Position numbers and translations under genes: made by a program
Notes under the pieces: generated by a model
The model's input: the letters and a program-made list of their open reading frames with translations, nothing else
The model's database searches: none
Told to the model about the DNA's origin: nothing
IMG/VR virus record: IMGVR_UViG_3300023179_000110
Coordinates: 1-62,139 of that record
DNA length: 62,139 nucleotides
Source of the DNA: a virus
Lineage: Duplodnaviria > Caudoviricetes
Direction: 5' to 3' (one strand)
Part shown: piece by piece, positions 26,286-35,622 of the stretch
Position numbering within the stretch: the first letter of the stretch is position 1
Layout of the letters: each line of letters starts with the position of its first letter

Positions 26286-27228
26286 TTAATCCCCTGCCTA
26301 TTGCTTCCACAATTGGAACTGTAATTGTTCTGCCTAATCGTTCGTATCTGACATTATCGGAAACCAATGACCCATCTTCGTAATACTTGGTGAACTCATC
26401 TGGCAAACCCTGTAGCCGTTCGCATTCCAATGGCGTTAACCTGCGAATAGTCACAGAATCACCATCACTAATGGCAACTCCATGCCTATCTTGAGCCGTT
26501 AAAGTAAACGATGATTCGTTATGTTCTTTGAATCTGCGTCCATTTTGGCGTTTTTCTGCACGATTAACCGTCAAAACTGGTCGAACTGTTTTTGTTAAAA
26601 TAGTTGAGGTTCCTCTTCCCCATAATTCGTCACTTCTTTGGGTTGATTCAACAATTCCGTTTCCCGATTTGCTTTTGAAATCATTTGTTGAACTTGTTCG
26701 TCCGATAGGAAATACTTTGGGTCGGGGTTTTCCTCTAAGATTTGCGACAAGGAAAATGCGTTCACGGTGTTGTGGGACTCCAAAGTTTTCGCTGTTAAGC
26801 AATTCCCATTGGCAGTCATACCCCATCTCATCCAAGACTCCGAGGATAACTGCGAAAGTTGTTCCATTGTCGTGGTTGAGGAGTCCTTTGACATTCTCAA
26901 AAACGAGGTACGGTATTCGCTTATCTCTGGCAAGTCTGAACATTTCAAAAGCCAAAGTACCTCTTGTGTCTTCCAGAGAGAATCCAGTTCTTTTTCCTGC
27001 AACTGAAAAAGTTGCACAAGGAAATCCTCCAACGATGAGGTCGGCATCAGGGAGGTCGCTGGCGGAAATAGTCCGAACATCTCGTCCATCTGGTTGTTCG
27101 CCGAATTGTCGTTCATAAATCCTTCTTGGTGCTTTTTCCCATTCGTTTGCCCAAACACAGGTATGACCAGTGCGTTCCAGCCCTAGCCGAAACGCACCGA
27201 TACCTGCGAAAAGTTCAATAAACTTCAT
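26272..27228 (-). CDS. DNA cytosine-C5 methyltransferase family enzyme, probable carboxymethyltransferase
   Basis: ELFAGIG, GGFPC, ENVKG, PQHRERIF, RRLTPLECERLQG; motif X reads RYERLGRT instead of GNS. Confidence 0.9.
   Translation of the reverse strand: MKFIELFAGIGAFRLGLERTGHTCVWANEWEKAPRRIYERQFGEQPDGRDVRTISASDLPDADLIVGGFPCATFSVAGKRTGFSLEDTRGTLAFEMFRLARDKRIPYLVFENVKGLLNHDNGTTFAVILGVLDEMGYDCQWELLNSENFGVPQHRERIFLVANLRGKPRPKVFPIGRTSSTNDFKSKSGNGIVESTQRSDELWGRGTSTILTKTVRPVLTVNRAEKRQNGRRFKEHNESSFTLTAQDRHGVAISDGDSVTIRRLTPLECERLQGLPDEFTKYYEDGSLVSDNVRYERLGRTITVPIVEAIGRGLNVFF
26595..27116 (-). CDS. Out-of-frame overlapping ORF, putative second polypeptide of the methyltransferase
   Basis: 173-aa ORF nested in the MTase gene; contains WMRWGM and SLSQILEENPDPKYFLS. 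Confidence 0.6.
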   Translation of the reverse strand: MNDNSANNQMDEMFGLFPPATSLMPTSSLEDFLVQLFQLQEKELDSLWKTQEVLWLLKCSDLPEISEYRTSFLRMSKDSSTTTMEQLSQLSSESWMRWGMTANGNCLTAKTLESHNTVNAFSLSQILEENPDPKYFLSDEQVQQMISKANRETELLNQPKEVTNYGEEEPQLF

Positions 27229-27404
27229 TCGCCTATTTGTTCAATTTTTGTTGCTTGAACTGGTGGCGACCATGTTGACCAAGCATCAGCACGAAACGCA
27301 ATTCGCCCGATGTCATTGCCCCAAGTTGTTACAAGAATTTGTGAACCGTCAACCATGTCGAAAATGTAATTGCGTCCAACTGTTTTTTCTTCTTGTTCGC
27401 TCAT
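27225..27404 (-). CDS. 59-aa hypothetical protein (MSEQEEKTVG...WSTWSPP)
   Basis: Hand-translated; ATGA overlaps at both ends. Confidence 0.6.
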   Translation of the reverse strand: MSEQEEKTVGRNYIFDMVDGSQILVTTWGNDIGRIAFRADAWSTWSPPVQATKIEQIGE

Positions 27405-27571
27405 GCTGTTACCAATCCTGCTTCAATAAGTGCTGTTGCGGTGCGTCCGTAGTGTCCTTGAAGCGTCCATGCTTGACCAGTGTTCACAAGTTTTTGGAAA
27501 AGGGTAACAATTTCGTCTTCGGTTAATTCACCATTTTCATACGCAATAATTTGATTAATTAGTTTCACCAT
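27401..27571 (-). CDS. 56-aa conserved-looking phage protein (IIAYENGEL...WTLQGHYGR)
   Basis: Hand-translated; preceded by GGAAGGACA RBS. Confidence 0.7.
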   Translation of the reverse strand: MVKLINQIIAYENGELTEDEIVTLFQKLVNTGQAWTLQGHYGRTATALIEAGLVTA

Positions 27572-27755
27572 TATTTTTGTCCTTCCTTGTAAAGTTTTAA
27601 CTCATGTTCAATAAGTGAAATTGCTTCTTCAATCGTTATTAAATCTTCTTGCTCTGATTTAATAATGCTTATGACCGTTGGAATCAAATTTGAACTCACG
27701 GCATTTGTCCTTCCTGTTGGGGTTACATTTCAAAGGTAACACACTTGAGGTTTAT

Positions 27756-28010
27756 TTACAACTCTTTAGATTCTGTGTCATTTTTATCCCGACATTTGCA
27801 GTCATCACTATCGCAACTACCTACGATGTCCCAATCAAAATTGTCCCACTCAAAACCCTGTTTTTCACGCTTCGGAAGGCTGTTACGAATCCAACTAATA
27901 GCAGTCATAATCAAAGCAATCCAGCCAAGAATTTGAACGGTGTACTCATGCCAATAAAAAGCCAAACCAACAATTGTGGCGTTAACTATGAATTTGAAAT
28001 AGTTGTACAT
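27756..28010 (-). CDS. Small membrane protein
   Basis: Two hydrophobic segments; ATG at 28010 abuts the ssb stop. Confidence 0.55.
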   Translation of the reverse strand: MYNYFKFIVNATIVGLAFYWHEYTVQILGWIALIMTAISWIRNSLPKREKQGFEWDNFDWDIVGSCDSDDCKCRDKNDTESKEL

Positions 28011-28432
28011 CAGAACGGAAACTCCTCGGTTGGAGCAGGTGTACCCCAAGGGTCAACTTGTTCAGAAACTTGCGAACGACCAGCACCTTTATTGATGCTC
28101 ACTGGGTCACGCTTCAAATCAACTGCAACATTGTAAGCCTGAATTTGCATAGCCCCACCTTTGTTGCCATCTTTGGTTTCCCATTCTTTCCACGATGCTT
28201 TACCAACTACAACAACAGGCGAACCTTTTGCAATTGATTCTGCAACATTTTCAGCCAACTTGTCCCAAGCCGAAACACGCCATGCGGTTACATCGGTTGA
28301 TTCCCAACCAGAATCTGTTTTCTTGGATGTTGAAGTTAAAACTGTAAAAGTTGCTACAGCCTTACCATCTTTTGTAAATCGCAACTCAGGGTCGCCAGCA
28401 AGATTTCCAATCACCGTTACTGTTGCACTCAT
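28010..28432 (-). CDS. ssb: Single-stranded DNA-binding protein
   Basis: VIGNLAGDPELRFT..G.AVA.F, LAENVAES..KG, acidic DPW...EEFPF tail. Confidence 0.95.
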   Translation of the reverse strand: MSATVTVIGNLAGDPELRFTKDGKAVATFTVLTSTSKKTDSGWESTDVTAWRVSAWDKLAENVAESIAKGSPVVVVGKASWKEWETKDGNKGGAMQIQAYNVAVDLKRDPVSINKGAGRSQVSEQVDPWGTPAPTEEFPF

Positions 28433-28761
28433 TCTTTTTCCTTTTCTTTTTGGAGTTCTTTCAATAAAGCCCTTTTTTCACGGGCTTTTATTGCTTGTGG
28501 TGTTGTTGACAAAAACTCAAAAATTGGTTTTGCAACAATTCCTCTAGTCTTTCTTATCACTTTTCGTTGCGGATAGGTAGTACCGCCCCAAATTCCTTGC
28601 ACATCAACTTGAACTGCGTACTCCAAGCATTCCGTAACAAAGTGACATTTTTGACAAATTTTCATGGCATCTCTGTTTGCTCTTATTAAAGAACCTTCGG
28701 GAAACCAAATTTCTGGGTCAACTTGGGCACATAATTGTGACCCATCAAAATCTGGGTACAA
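28429..28761 (-). CDS. whiB: WhiB family transcription factor
   Basis: CAQVDPEIWFP...ICQKC....ECLEYA...GIWGG: four Cys plus GIWGG turn. Confidence 0.93.
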   Translation of the reverse strand: MYPDFDGSQLCAQVDPEIWFPEGSLIRANRDAMKICQKCHFVTECLEYAVQVDVQGIWGGTTYPQRKVIRKTRGIVAKPIFEFLSTTPQAIKAREKRALLKELQKEKEKE

Positions 28762-29025
28762 CTATTCTTCCTCTTCATCTGAAGATAAAATTTCGTCTAA
28801 CTCAGATTGTGATTTTGCCAAAATTCCGACATGGTGCCATGGTGGGGCTTTATCATCGGTAAGCGTTACCGTGTAATACTCACCGTTGATTGCGACCCAT
28901 TCAGTTGCCAAAACCCACGCTGTTGAAATTGCTCCTTCGGGAAACATTTCCTTTTGGATTTCATACAACATGCTGTCCACTGGGGACTTTTGCAATGCTT
29001 CAACTGCATCGTCATCTTTTGGCAT
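28762..29025 (-). CDS. Hypothetical protein
   Basis: Abuts whiB; WVLATEW...PPWHHVGIL. Confidence 0.7.
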   Translation of the reverse strand: MPKDDDAVEALQKSPVDSMLYEIQKEMFPEGAISTAWVLATEWVAINGEYYTVTLTDDKAPPWHHVGILAKSQSELDEILSSDEEEE

Positions 29026-29162
29026 GCCTTTATTCTATTGTTTGTCCTTAGAATTTTTCAGCAACTCGCATGTCGAACATTTGCCAAGTTTCAGCATTGG
29101 TTCCCAAACCCGATGCCCACAATTGGGGCAATTTACAATTTTGGTATCTGGCAATTCAGCCA

Positions 29163-29642
29163 TTAATACCAGCCATTGCGGTTATGGAAATTCAAAGCCG
29201 AACATGGTGTTCCGTAACGATTTTGAATGTAACTAATTCCCCAACGGATTTGGGTTTTTCCATTTGTCAGGTAATCGGCACCAGCCGAACGCATTTTTGA
29301 TGCTGGTAACGCTTGTGGGATGCCATGGGCACCTGAACTGGAATTGTGTGCCCGTGGATTCCAGCCTGATTCCTGATTCCACAATTTCACCAAGCAAGAA
29401 TGTTGGTGTGAACTCCAACCCCGTTTAACGCCCTGAGAACGGGCGTAGGAGCGTAAAGAAACCTTTACTGGTGGCTTTGTGTGGGCAATTACTGAAACTG
29501 CCTGAGATTTGTTTTTAGCATCGTATTTGGCTAGGGCAACTGCATCTGTAAATTCCAATGAGCCACAGAACCCAATTGCCAAAAACACCAAAATTGCATA
29601 AAAAGTGTTTACAACCGCTTTGCCTCGTTTGGTCAATTTCAT
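29163..29642 (-). CDS. Membrane-anchored lytic transglycosylase (SLT domain)
   Basis: CLVKLWNQESGWNPRAHN.SSGAHGIPQALP..KM...QIRWG..YI..RYG.PC.A. Confidence 0.88.
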   Translation of the reverse strand: MKLTKRGKAVVNTFYAILVFLAIGFCGSLEFTDAVALAKYDAKNKSQAVSVIAHTKPPVKVSLRSYARSQGVKRGWSSHQHSCLVKLWNQESGWNPRAHNSSSGAHGIPQALPASKMRSAGADYLTNGKTQIRWGISYIQNRYGTPCSALNFHNRNGWY

Positions 29643-30199
29643 GTTTCCTCCGTGTGTCCACAGTTGCTACATGTGTGAATGCGTTTTTTACGCCCGTGAG
29701 GGCTTGTCTGACGCTCGTTGACGAACTCAGGCAACACATACACCGCAGAGCGACTGCGTTTCTCTGTTAGGCGATTTATTCGGTTTTCTAGGTGTAGAAC
29801 CGACAACACACTTGTTGCTTGACCATGATGCCAGCCAAAGTGGGAAGCCAACTCTTTCCAAGTTAAGCCCAGTTTACCAGCCTTGGCTAATGCCCTGATT
29901 GTGGTTAATTGCCGTCCCTTGGTTGTACCGTCAGAATCTTCAGCAATTGCACGGGCTTTAGAAGTTTCAGAACCTGACCAGCCCGAAGTGTCGGAATACG
30001 GCAAAAATGGAAATTGGTCATCGAAATTGTTGCTGACCCATTTCGATTGTGGAGTCAACACACCAGTCATTTGCTCTAATGCCTCAAGCCGACCACAATC
30101 CGAACAGACATGAGTTTTATTGTCTGTTCGAGATAAGGCAGGATGAACTGTGCTTAATACACCGCATCGGGGACACTTAAATGGATTTGAATGGGACAT
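29639..30199 (-). CDS. Zn-finger + winged-helix-like hypothetical protein
   Basis: CPRC..PALSR.DN...CSDC; GLTWKELA...HHGQATSVLS.LH; C-terminal CSNC. Confidence 0.7.
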   Translation of the reverse strand: MSHSNPFKCPRCGVLSTVHPALSRTDNKTHVCSDCGRLEALEQMTGVLTPQSKWVSNNFDDQFPFLPYSDTSGWSGSETSKARAIAEDSDGTTKGRQLTTIRALAKAGKLGLTWKELASHFGWHHGQATSVLSVLHLENRINRLTEKRSRSAVYVLPEFVNERQTSPHGRKKRIHTCSNCGHTEET

Positions 30200-30200
30200 G

Positions 30201-30362
30201 TTAATTACCTACCGTTCGTAGTTCGTAGCCTTCATACTTAAAAGCCCAATCAGCCGAGTATGAATGGTGTTTGTGGATGTATGCGAGAACACCTAGCCAA
30301 TCATCAAATTGTTGGATAAGTTCCCCGTCACGGAACAAATGAAGTTTTGCTGAATCTGACAT
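30201..30362 (-). CDS. 53-aa hypothetical protein
   Basis: Hand-translated MSDSAKLHLF...ALKYEGYEL; strong RBS. Confidence 0.6.
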   Translation of the reverse strand: MSDSAKLHLFRDGELIQQFDDWLGVLAYIHKHHSYSADWAFKYEGYELRTVGN

Positions 30363-30375
30363 GTTTACCTTCCTT

Positions 30376-30735
30376 TTAGACTTGCTCTACTAATTGACCG
30401 AATTCAGGATGTGAACGAAAACAACTTGCGTAGTAAGCGATTTCGCCAACTTGGTCGAAGTACACACCTTCAACTGAACCCTTGATGTTTTCGCTAATTC
30501 CCTTTTTGGTGTTTTTGACGATTACTCGTTGCACCGTGTAAGTGTCATCCCAATCAAGGAAAATGCGAACTCGGTATCCGTGCGATACTGGCAATTCGAC
30601 TTGTTGGGTCAAACCGTCTTGGTAAGTTTTGCCGTCAATGTAAAAGCGTCCACCAGAAATGGCGAAGATGTTGCCAATTCCGATTTGTGCTTTTAGCACC
30701 TGTGGGTCAAACGGACGGGTTTCTTGCTTTGTCAT
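30376..30735 (-). CDS. Hypothetical protein
   Basis: GGAAGGACA RBS; QIG..NIFAISGG...LDWDDTYTVQR...GVYFDQV. Confidence 0.75.
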   Translation of the reverse strand: MTKQETRPFDPQVLKAQIGIGNIFAISGGRFYIDGKTYQDGLTQQVELPVSHGYRVRIFLDWDDTYTVQRVIVKNTKKGISENIKGSVEGVYFDQVGEIAYYASCFRSHPEFGQLVEQV

Positions 30736-30747
30736 GTTTTGTCCTTC

Positions 30748-31077
30748 CTAGTAGGTTCCGACTGGAGATTGACCAAGTTGCTGACCTGACCAAATGTTTT
30801 GTGCGAACTTGTAGTCATTGATTCGGATTGACCACCAGCCACCGTGCGATTCGTAAATTTTCAACTTTCGTGAGAACGCAATGCCATCAAATTCATCTTC
30901 GACTGGCACCACATAATCGGCGTAACTGGTAGATTCGCCAACAAATTTTTTCGCAAGTTTTCGCAACTTGACGCTTTTTTCGGTGACACCTACGACTTTG
31001 TAGAAATCATAAAATGTCGCATCGTATCCGTATGAGGCATAGAGAATGTCCCCCACTGCTGGCTTTTGAACTTCCAT
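30748..31077 (-). CDS. Hypothetical protein (VGDILYASYGYDAT..DFYKVV)
   Basis: ATG 31077 after GGAAGGACA; upstream promoter motif. Confidence 0.75.
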   Translation of the reverse strand: MEVQKPAVGDILYASYGYDATFYDFYKVVGVTEKSVKLRKLAKKFVGESTSYADYVVPVEDEFDGIAFSRKLKIYESHGGWWSIRINDYKFAQNIWSGQQLGQSPVGTY

Positions 31078-31106
31078 TTTTTGTCCTTCCTTTTTGCTTA
31101 CACTTA

Positions 31107-31131
31107 ATTGTAACACACTTTTGGTTTAGTT
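31107..31131 (-). promoter_or_regulatory. Repeated phage promoter-like motif (AACTAAAC-n-TGTGnTAnAnT)
   Basis: Exact reverse complement of 35830-35854; variants near 32097, 32371, 48729, 60541, 60787, all upstream of gene starts. Confidence 0.7.
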
Positions 31132-31132
31132 T

Positions 31133-32071
31133 TTACCACTCGCCACGCAGACGCTTCCAAGATTCACGGGCTTCCAAAGTTTCCTTAACTCGCTTGGCAA
31201 CCTTTTTATCTAGGTCGGCACGGACATCATCAACTGATACACCATGTTTACCAGCAAGGGCTGACAAAATGTTTTCCAAAGATTCTTGGATAACCGCAAT
31301 CTCATCTTCAGGCTTGTTTTCTTTCCAAAGAGCCAACGATTCGGATTTGTCAACATACCAAATTCGAGCCGTCCGTTCCGTCTTTAACTCTTCAACACGG
31401 AAGTTGCCATTGGACAATTTCCAGCCATCCGAAACCAAAAGCGGTGAACCGTCAACTGTTGGTGCCGATGCAATTCGTTTTGCTTCACGAATTTTTTTGG
31501 CTTCTGCCCGTTCAGCCTTCCGTGCTTCTTTTTCTAATTTTTCCTCGGTGACAATTACCGATGGACGATTCAAAACTTCAGCAGGAGCCGATGGATAACA
31601 CACGGTACAAGCATCTTGACCTGCATCCGAAACGATGTCTTCTTCAGCCGAACCACTGTATTGGGTCAACCACAAATAATTGGTTGATGGAAAACATGTT
31701 GAACAGTCTTGACTTTTGTGAACATGCCCGTTGGTGTTGGTGACAAGGTAAGCCCGTGTCCATTTGTGCTGAAGGTAAATTGCATTCAGCGAATTGATGG
31801 TGGCTCGAATTTGATTTGCGTCAATTCGTGCCTGTCGGTATTTTGCGATAAGTTCCTGAACACGAGTGTTGTCTGGACTCACGCTGTCAATTACGCTTCC
31901 GATTGATTCGCTGTAAACCCGTTCGTATTTGACGATTTCGTATTTGGCATTTGAAGCCCAATAAATTTCTGACTTGTATCGTTCAACTTGAAATTCTGCA
32001 CCAACAAGTTTTGATAGTTCTTCTGCGATTGCTGTGTCTGTCGCAACTGCGAGGGTTTTGATGTCGGTCAT
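31133..32071 (-). CDS. Hypothetical protein with HVH...CSTC / CTVCYPSAP metal-binding motif
   Basis: 312 aa; own promoter motif and RBS. Confidence 0.8.
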   Translation of the reverse strand: MTDIKTLAVATDTAIAEELSKLVGAEFQVERYKSEIYWASNAKYEIVKYERVYSESIGSVIDSVSPDNTRVQELIAKYRQARIDANQIRATINSLNAIYLQHKWTRAYLVTNTNGHVHKSQDCSTCFPSTNYLWLTQYSGSAEEDIVSDAGQDACTVCYPSAPAEVLNRPSVIVTEEKLEKEARKAERAEAKKIREAKRIASAPTVDGSPLLVSDGWKLSNGNFRVEELKTERTARIWYVDKSESLALWKENKPEDEIAVIQESLENILSALAGKHGVSVDDVRADLDKKVAKRVKETLEARESWKRLRGEW

Positions 32072-32126
32072 GTTTTGTCCTTTCTGACAAATTCAGTGTA
32101 ACACAACTTTAGTTTAGTTTTGACAT

Positions 32127-32351
32127 TTAACGCAAACTCACGCCACGCAACGAGAGGCATGGGTACGCTTGCTTCGACTCGACACCGCCGATTATCTGCT
32201 TGCACTGGATACAGAACCCGTCAACATTTTTGTGTCGCTCTAACAGACCTTCTTGAACTTCACGGTAGGTCAGTGGTTTTTCTTTACGCCTTCGTTTTTG
32301 AACCCCGTACTCTAATAGCAGTTGTTCTCTGGACAATTTGGTTTTTGCCAT
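32127..32351 (-). CDS. Small Zn-binding protein (H...CxxC...YPC)
   Basis: Same pattern as the two genes at 43522-44009. Confidence 0.55.
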   Translation of the reverse strand: MAKTKLSREQLLLEYGVQKRRRKEKPLTYREVQEGLLERHKNVDGFCIQCKQIIGGVESKQAYPCLSLRGVSLR

Positions 32352-32479
32352 TGCTACCTCCTACTACCATTCTACCACAACTTTGGTTTAGTTAGAACCA
32401 TTGGTATTAAAGGGTTTTTGGCTGGCTTAAACTAAACCCCCGATTTCATAAATGTCAGTGGACCTGCTACAATGGTTAT

Positions 32480-33283
32480 GTGGGAGGAAACATGACAAAG
32501 CAAGTTCGATGGAAATGTCCATCGTGTAATCATGGTGTCTTGAACTCGTCACGCCCACGCATGAATGATGTCAAGCGATACTGCTTGCCGTGTTCTTCAA
32601 AGTCTGGGGTGCTGGTTCAGCGAATCGCACCTGCACTTGAAAAACAGCGTGACGCATCCAAGGCAAAAACTGTAGCGAAGCAAACTGCCAAGCGGAAAAA
32701 AGAATCTGCCAAACGCAAAAAGCAAAATGAGCGAACTAAAGCCCAACAAGCAAAATGGCGTGAAGAACGATTAACCGCAGAACGGGAACGCAAACGCAAA
32801 CAAGCCGATTTGAAATGGTCTGGCGACTTGAACATTCCTAAAGAAGCCGAACGGCTTTGGAAATTGTTGGAACCGTATCACCGTGGTCGGGCGTTACCGC
32901 CGATTGAGATTCGGGAAAACAATTACAGGGGCAACTTGGGCTGGGCACATGTCGGTCAATCGTGGCGTGGCATCGTGATTAAAAAACAGAGCAATGAAAT
33001 TTGGACTTGGGGAATCTTGCTACACGAACTGACGCACATGGCTGTTGGTGTTCGATACCCCAAAGGTCGGGATGGTCGTTGTTCGGCACACGATGAAAAA
33101 TTCTACAAAGCACAAAAAGATGTAGCCGAACGCCGATGGAAAACTAGAATTTCATTCTACGAAGTCACCAAGTATGGCTACAATGTGGATGGAATAATCC
33201 TGAGCCAGTTACGCAAACAGGGCGTGGTGAAATTCTCACCACGCTACAAGACCAAGAAGCAAATAACGGAAGAGGTAGCATGA
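32480..33283 (+). CDS. Zn-finger + SprT-like metallopeptidase
   Basis: CPSC..CLPC N-terminus; LLHELTH...AHDEKF. Confidence 0.75.
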   Translation: MGGNMTKQVRWKCPSCNHGVLNSSRPRMNDVKRYCLPCSSKSGVLVQRIAPALEKQRDASKAKTVAKQTAKRKKESAKRKKQNERTKAQQAKWREERLTAERERKRKQADLKWSGDLNIPKEAERLWKLLEPYHRGRALPPIEIRENNYRGNLGWAHVGQSWRGIVIKKQSNEIWTWGILLHELTHMAVGVRYPKGRDGRCSAHDEKFYKAQKDVAERRWKTRISFYEVTKYGYNVDGIILSQLRKQGVVKFSPRYKTKKQITEEVA

Positions 33284-33498
33284 GGCTTTATCACGGTGAC
33301 GACATAAATCGAACTCCTCGACAATACGAAGCAAAACCAATCGGCTACAACTTCATGTGCCGATACAATCCCCGAACAAAAACTTGGGCATGTTGGGAAG
33401 TGGATGCTGTCGGCAATCCTGTTCCGCAACTCAACGGGGAAATCGAAAAAGTCTTTAGTACCAAGAGCGAAATGGTTAATTTTGTATTTGGCATGTAG
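33280..33498 (+). CDS. Hypothetical protein
   Basis: ATGA-coupled in the plus-strand block. Confidence 0.65.
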   Translation: MRLYHGDDINRTPRQYEAKPIGYNFMCRYNPRTKTWACWEVDAVGNPVPQLNGEIEKVFSTKSEMVNFVFGM

Positions 33499-33531
33499 CC
33501 GTGGTACCGTAATCACAACAGGAAGGACAAC

Positions 33532-33738
33532 ATGGAAAAGTTCAATGTAAAAGTTGGCGACAAGATTCAATACCGAATCGCATCGGGGGAACTTCGTTCG
33601 ATAGAAGTTACCAGTATTGAAATCGAAAATAGTCAAGGTGTATTTCTTGGCGAAACATTACCTGAATACCACGATGGAAAAGTCGAACTCGTTTGGGGTT
33701 GGGCTGACCAAATCGTAAAAGTTTTAGAAAAGGACTAA
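33532..33738 (+). CDS. Hypothetical protein (SH3/KOW-like VKVGDKI)
   Basis: GGAAGGACAAC-ATG start. Confidence 0.7.
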   Translation: MEKFNVKVGDKIQYRIASGELRSIEVTSIEIENSQGVFLGETLPEYHDGKVELVWGWADQIVKVLEKD

Positions 33739-33740
33739 AC

Positions 33741-33923
33741 ATGAAAAACAAATACGGCATCGAATACGCCGACAGTAAAGAACTGCTAGAACATAACATC
33801 AGCGTTTACAAAATGCGTATTCGTGAATGGGACGGATGCACATGCGAACTTGCAAAATTGGAAGAGCGTTTAAATCAATTGTCGGAAACACTTGACGAAT
33901 TAATTCAAGAGGTTGGTGCGTAA
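33741..33923 (+). CDS. Hypothetical protein
   Basis: Tight packing with neighbours. Confidence 0.6.
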   Translation: MKNKYGIEYADSKELLEHNISVYKMRIREWDGCTCELAKLEERLNQLSETLDELIQEVGA

Positions 33924-34111
33924 TGAATCCTGATGAATGGCGAGGTTCTGGTGTTTTGTCATACGACATTTCGATGAAGGTTTCGTGCCCGAATGAGAAA
34001 TGTGATTTCGATGAAGTAGCAGATGTCCATGTTGATGATTGGAAGAACTATTGGTTCGATTGTCCCAAATGTGATTTCGATGACCAACTGGAAAACGACA
34101 CACCGTTTTAG
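33923..34111 (+). CDS. Small zinc-ribbon protein
   Basis: CPNEKC...CPKC; TAATG coupling. Confidence 0.65.
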   Translation: MNPDEWRGSGVLSYDISMKVSCPNEKCDFDEVADVHVDDWKNYWFDCPKCDFDDQLENDTPF

Positions 34112-34173
34112 GTTGTTGCGGAAAACTAACGCCAATGCTAAATTGGCAACTAACCCCTCATGAAAGGAACCCC

Positions 34174-34581
34174 ATGAAGAAGCCCCTAATAGCCGTAATC
34201 GGCTCTGTACTGTTGGTGCTGACACTTACCGCTTGCGGTGGTGGGTCAACATCGGCAACCGATACAACAGACACCACAACTAGCAGTGATGTTGTTGATA
34301 CTCCCGTTGATAGTGGATTCACAACCAACGAGGATGAATTTTTGTACGATGTGCATGGTGTTGATAATTCGATTATCGAACGAAACACCGATTCAAGAAT
34401 TGTCGAAGTTGGTCACACTGTTTGCGACACATTGGATTCTGGTGAAACCGTCACCACGATTTCAAATTACCTAATGTCAACTGGTGATTACGAAGGCGAT
34501 ACCGCAATCGAATTTGTGGCATCAATGGTTGCTGGTGCAGTAATCAATCTTTGCCCCGAATACAAATACCAGTTGCCGTAA
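34174..34581 (+). CDS. DUF732-like lipoprotein
   Basis: Signal peptide with lipobox LTAC; GHTVC..L..G...AVINLCPEY. Confidence 0.8.
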   Translation: MKKPLIAVIGSVLLVLTLTACGGGSTSATDTTDTTTSSDVVDTPVDSGFTTNEDEFLYDVHGVDNSIIERNTDSRIVEVGHTVCDTLDSGETVTTISNYLMSTGDYEGDTAIEFVASMVAGAVINLCPEYKYQLP

Positions 34582-34734
34582 TGGTGACAAATCAATTTGG
34601 TACAGAGTGCCCACACTTTGTAATCAAAACCGCAGATGCTGTGACGCTGGCAAATGTCACTGGTTCAGTATTTTGCGAATTATGTAAAAACCCCGAAACT
34701 CCACAAACTTTGTGGGAAAGGAAATTTGGTCAAG

Positions 34735-34962
34735 ATGGCGAAAACTAAAAACCTAACTGGTATGAAGTGGCTACGCTCCGAGATGGAACGCAATGGCTAC
34801 ACATCGCTAGAAGCGGTAGCAAGTGAAATGAGCATCAATCGTGGAAATCTCTATCGGTACTTTACTTTTGAGAATCGTCCAAGCATTGACATGTTGCCTG
34901 TAATCGCTGTGGCATTAGACACCACAATTGACGATGTGCTAATTGCCCTAGAAGTGGTTTAA
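34735..34962 (+). CDS. XRE-type HTH DNA-binding protein
   Basis: SLEAVASEMSINRGNLYRY...RPSID....IAVAL. Confidence 0.8.
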   Translation: MAKTKNLTGMKWLRSEMERNGYTSLEAVASEMSINRGNLYRYFTFENRPSIDMLPVIAVALDTTIDDVLIALEVV

Positions 34963-35108
34963 TCAACTCAGGTTGTTTGACCCCATAATCTTGCCGACAA
35001 CAATTTTGCCTCCTATCTCAAATTTGTTGTTCATCAGACTGGGTTGCTCCGCCAGTGGCAAACACGGAGCCTCTAAACTTAAGCAAGAATTTAAAAAAAG
35101 GAACTCGC

Positions 35109-35468
35109 ATGGCTGAAATTGTCGAATTTGGTAAAGAAGATGTTGGTCGCCTAATTGACGCATCGCAGGGCTGGAGAGTAATCGGTGGTGCAATTCGATT
35201 AGCGGTAACTGCTGGATACCAAATCACTGCATCGGACGCAATTGCCGTTGAAGCGTTTGAAAATGAATTTCCTAAATACACTGATGCGTTTGGAATAGTC
35301 CGAGAAACGGCTCAGACGCTTTTTGACGAGAACGGATTGGCTGACCGTGCAATTACATGGCTTAACAAAGAAAAGGCTCCAGAGGGCTGTGTTTTCCATT
35401 TTCATGAAGGTGCTTTTTATTTGTCTGAACTTGAGGAAACGGATTCTAAGGAAGAATCACATGGCTAG
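35109..35468 (+). CDS. Hypothetical protein
   Basis: MAEIVEFG..GRLIDASQGW...AITWLN...APEG..F.F.EG.FYL. Confidence 0.7.
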   Translation: MAEIVEFGKEDVGRLIDASQGWRVIGGAIRLAVTAGYQITASDAIAVEAFENEFPKYTDAFGIVRETAQTLFDENGLADRAITWLNKEKAPEGCVFHFHEGAFYLSELEETDSKEESHG

Positions 35469-35622
35469 TGAAGAAGAACTAAACAAGATTTTTGGTCAAG
35501 CACACAATTCGCTGGTGCAAGGTGCAATTGCAATGCACGAACTTTATTTATCTTTTATCCAAGCAGGATTTACCGAAGAGCAAGCATTAAAACTTGTCGT
35601 TGAGGTCATGAAGGGGAACTGA
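35461..35622 (+). CDS. 53-aa phage protein (MHELYLSF..AGFTEEQAL)
   Basis: AGFTxxQAL motif is common in small actinophage proteins. Confidence 0.65.
   Translation: MASEEELNKIFGQAHNSLVQGAIAMHELYLSFIQAGFTEEQALKLVVEVMKGN

Noticed and set aside
22-31743. Plus-strand ORFs in the track opposite minus-strand genes (e.g. 90-518, 26528-27118, 31014-31598)
   Set aside because: Antisense shadows of well-supported genes with no recognisable motifs.
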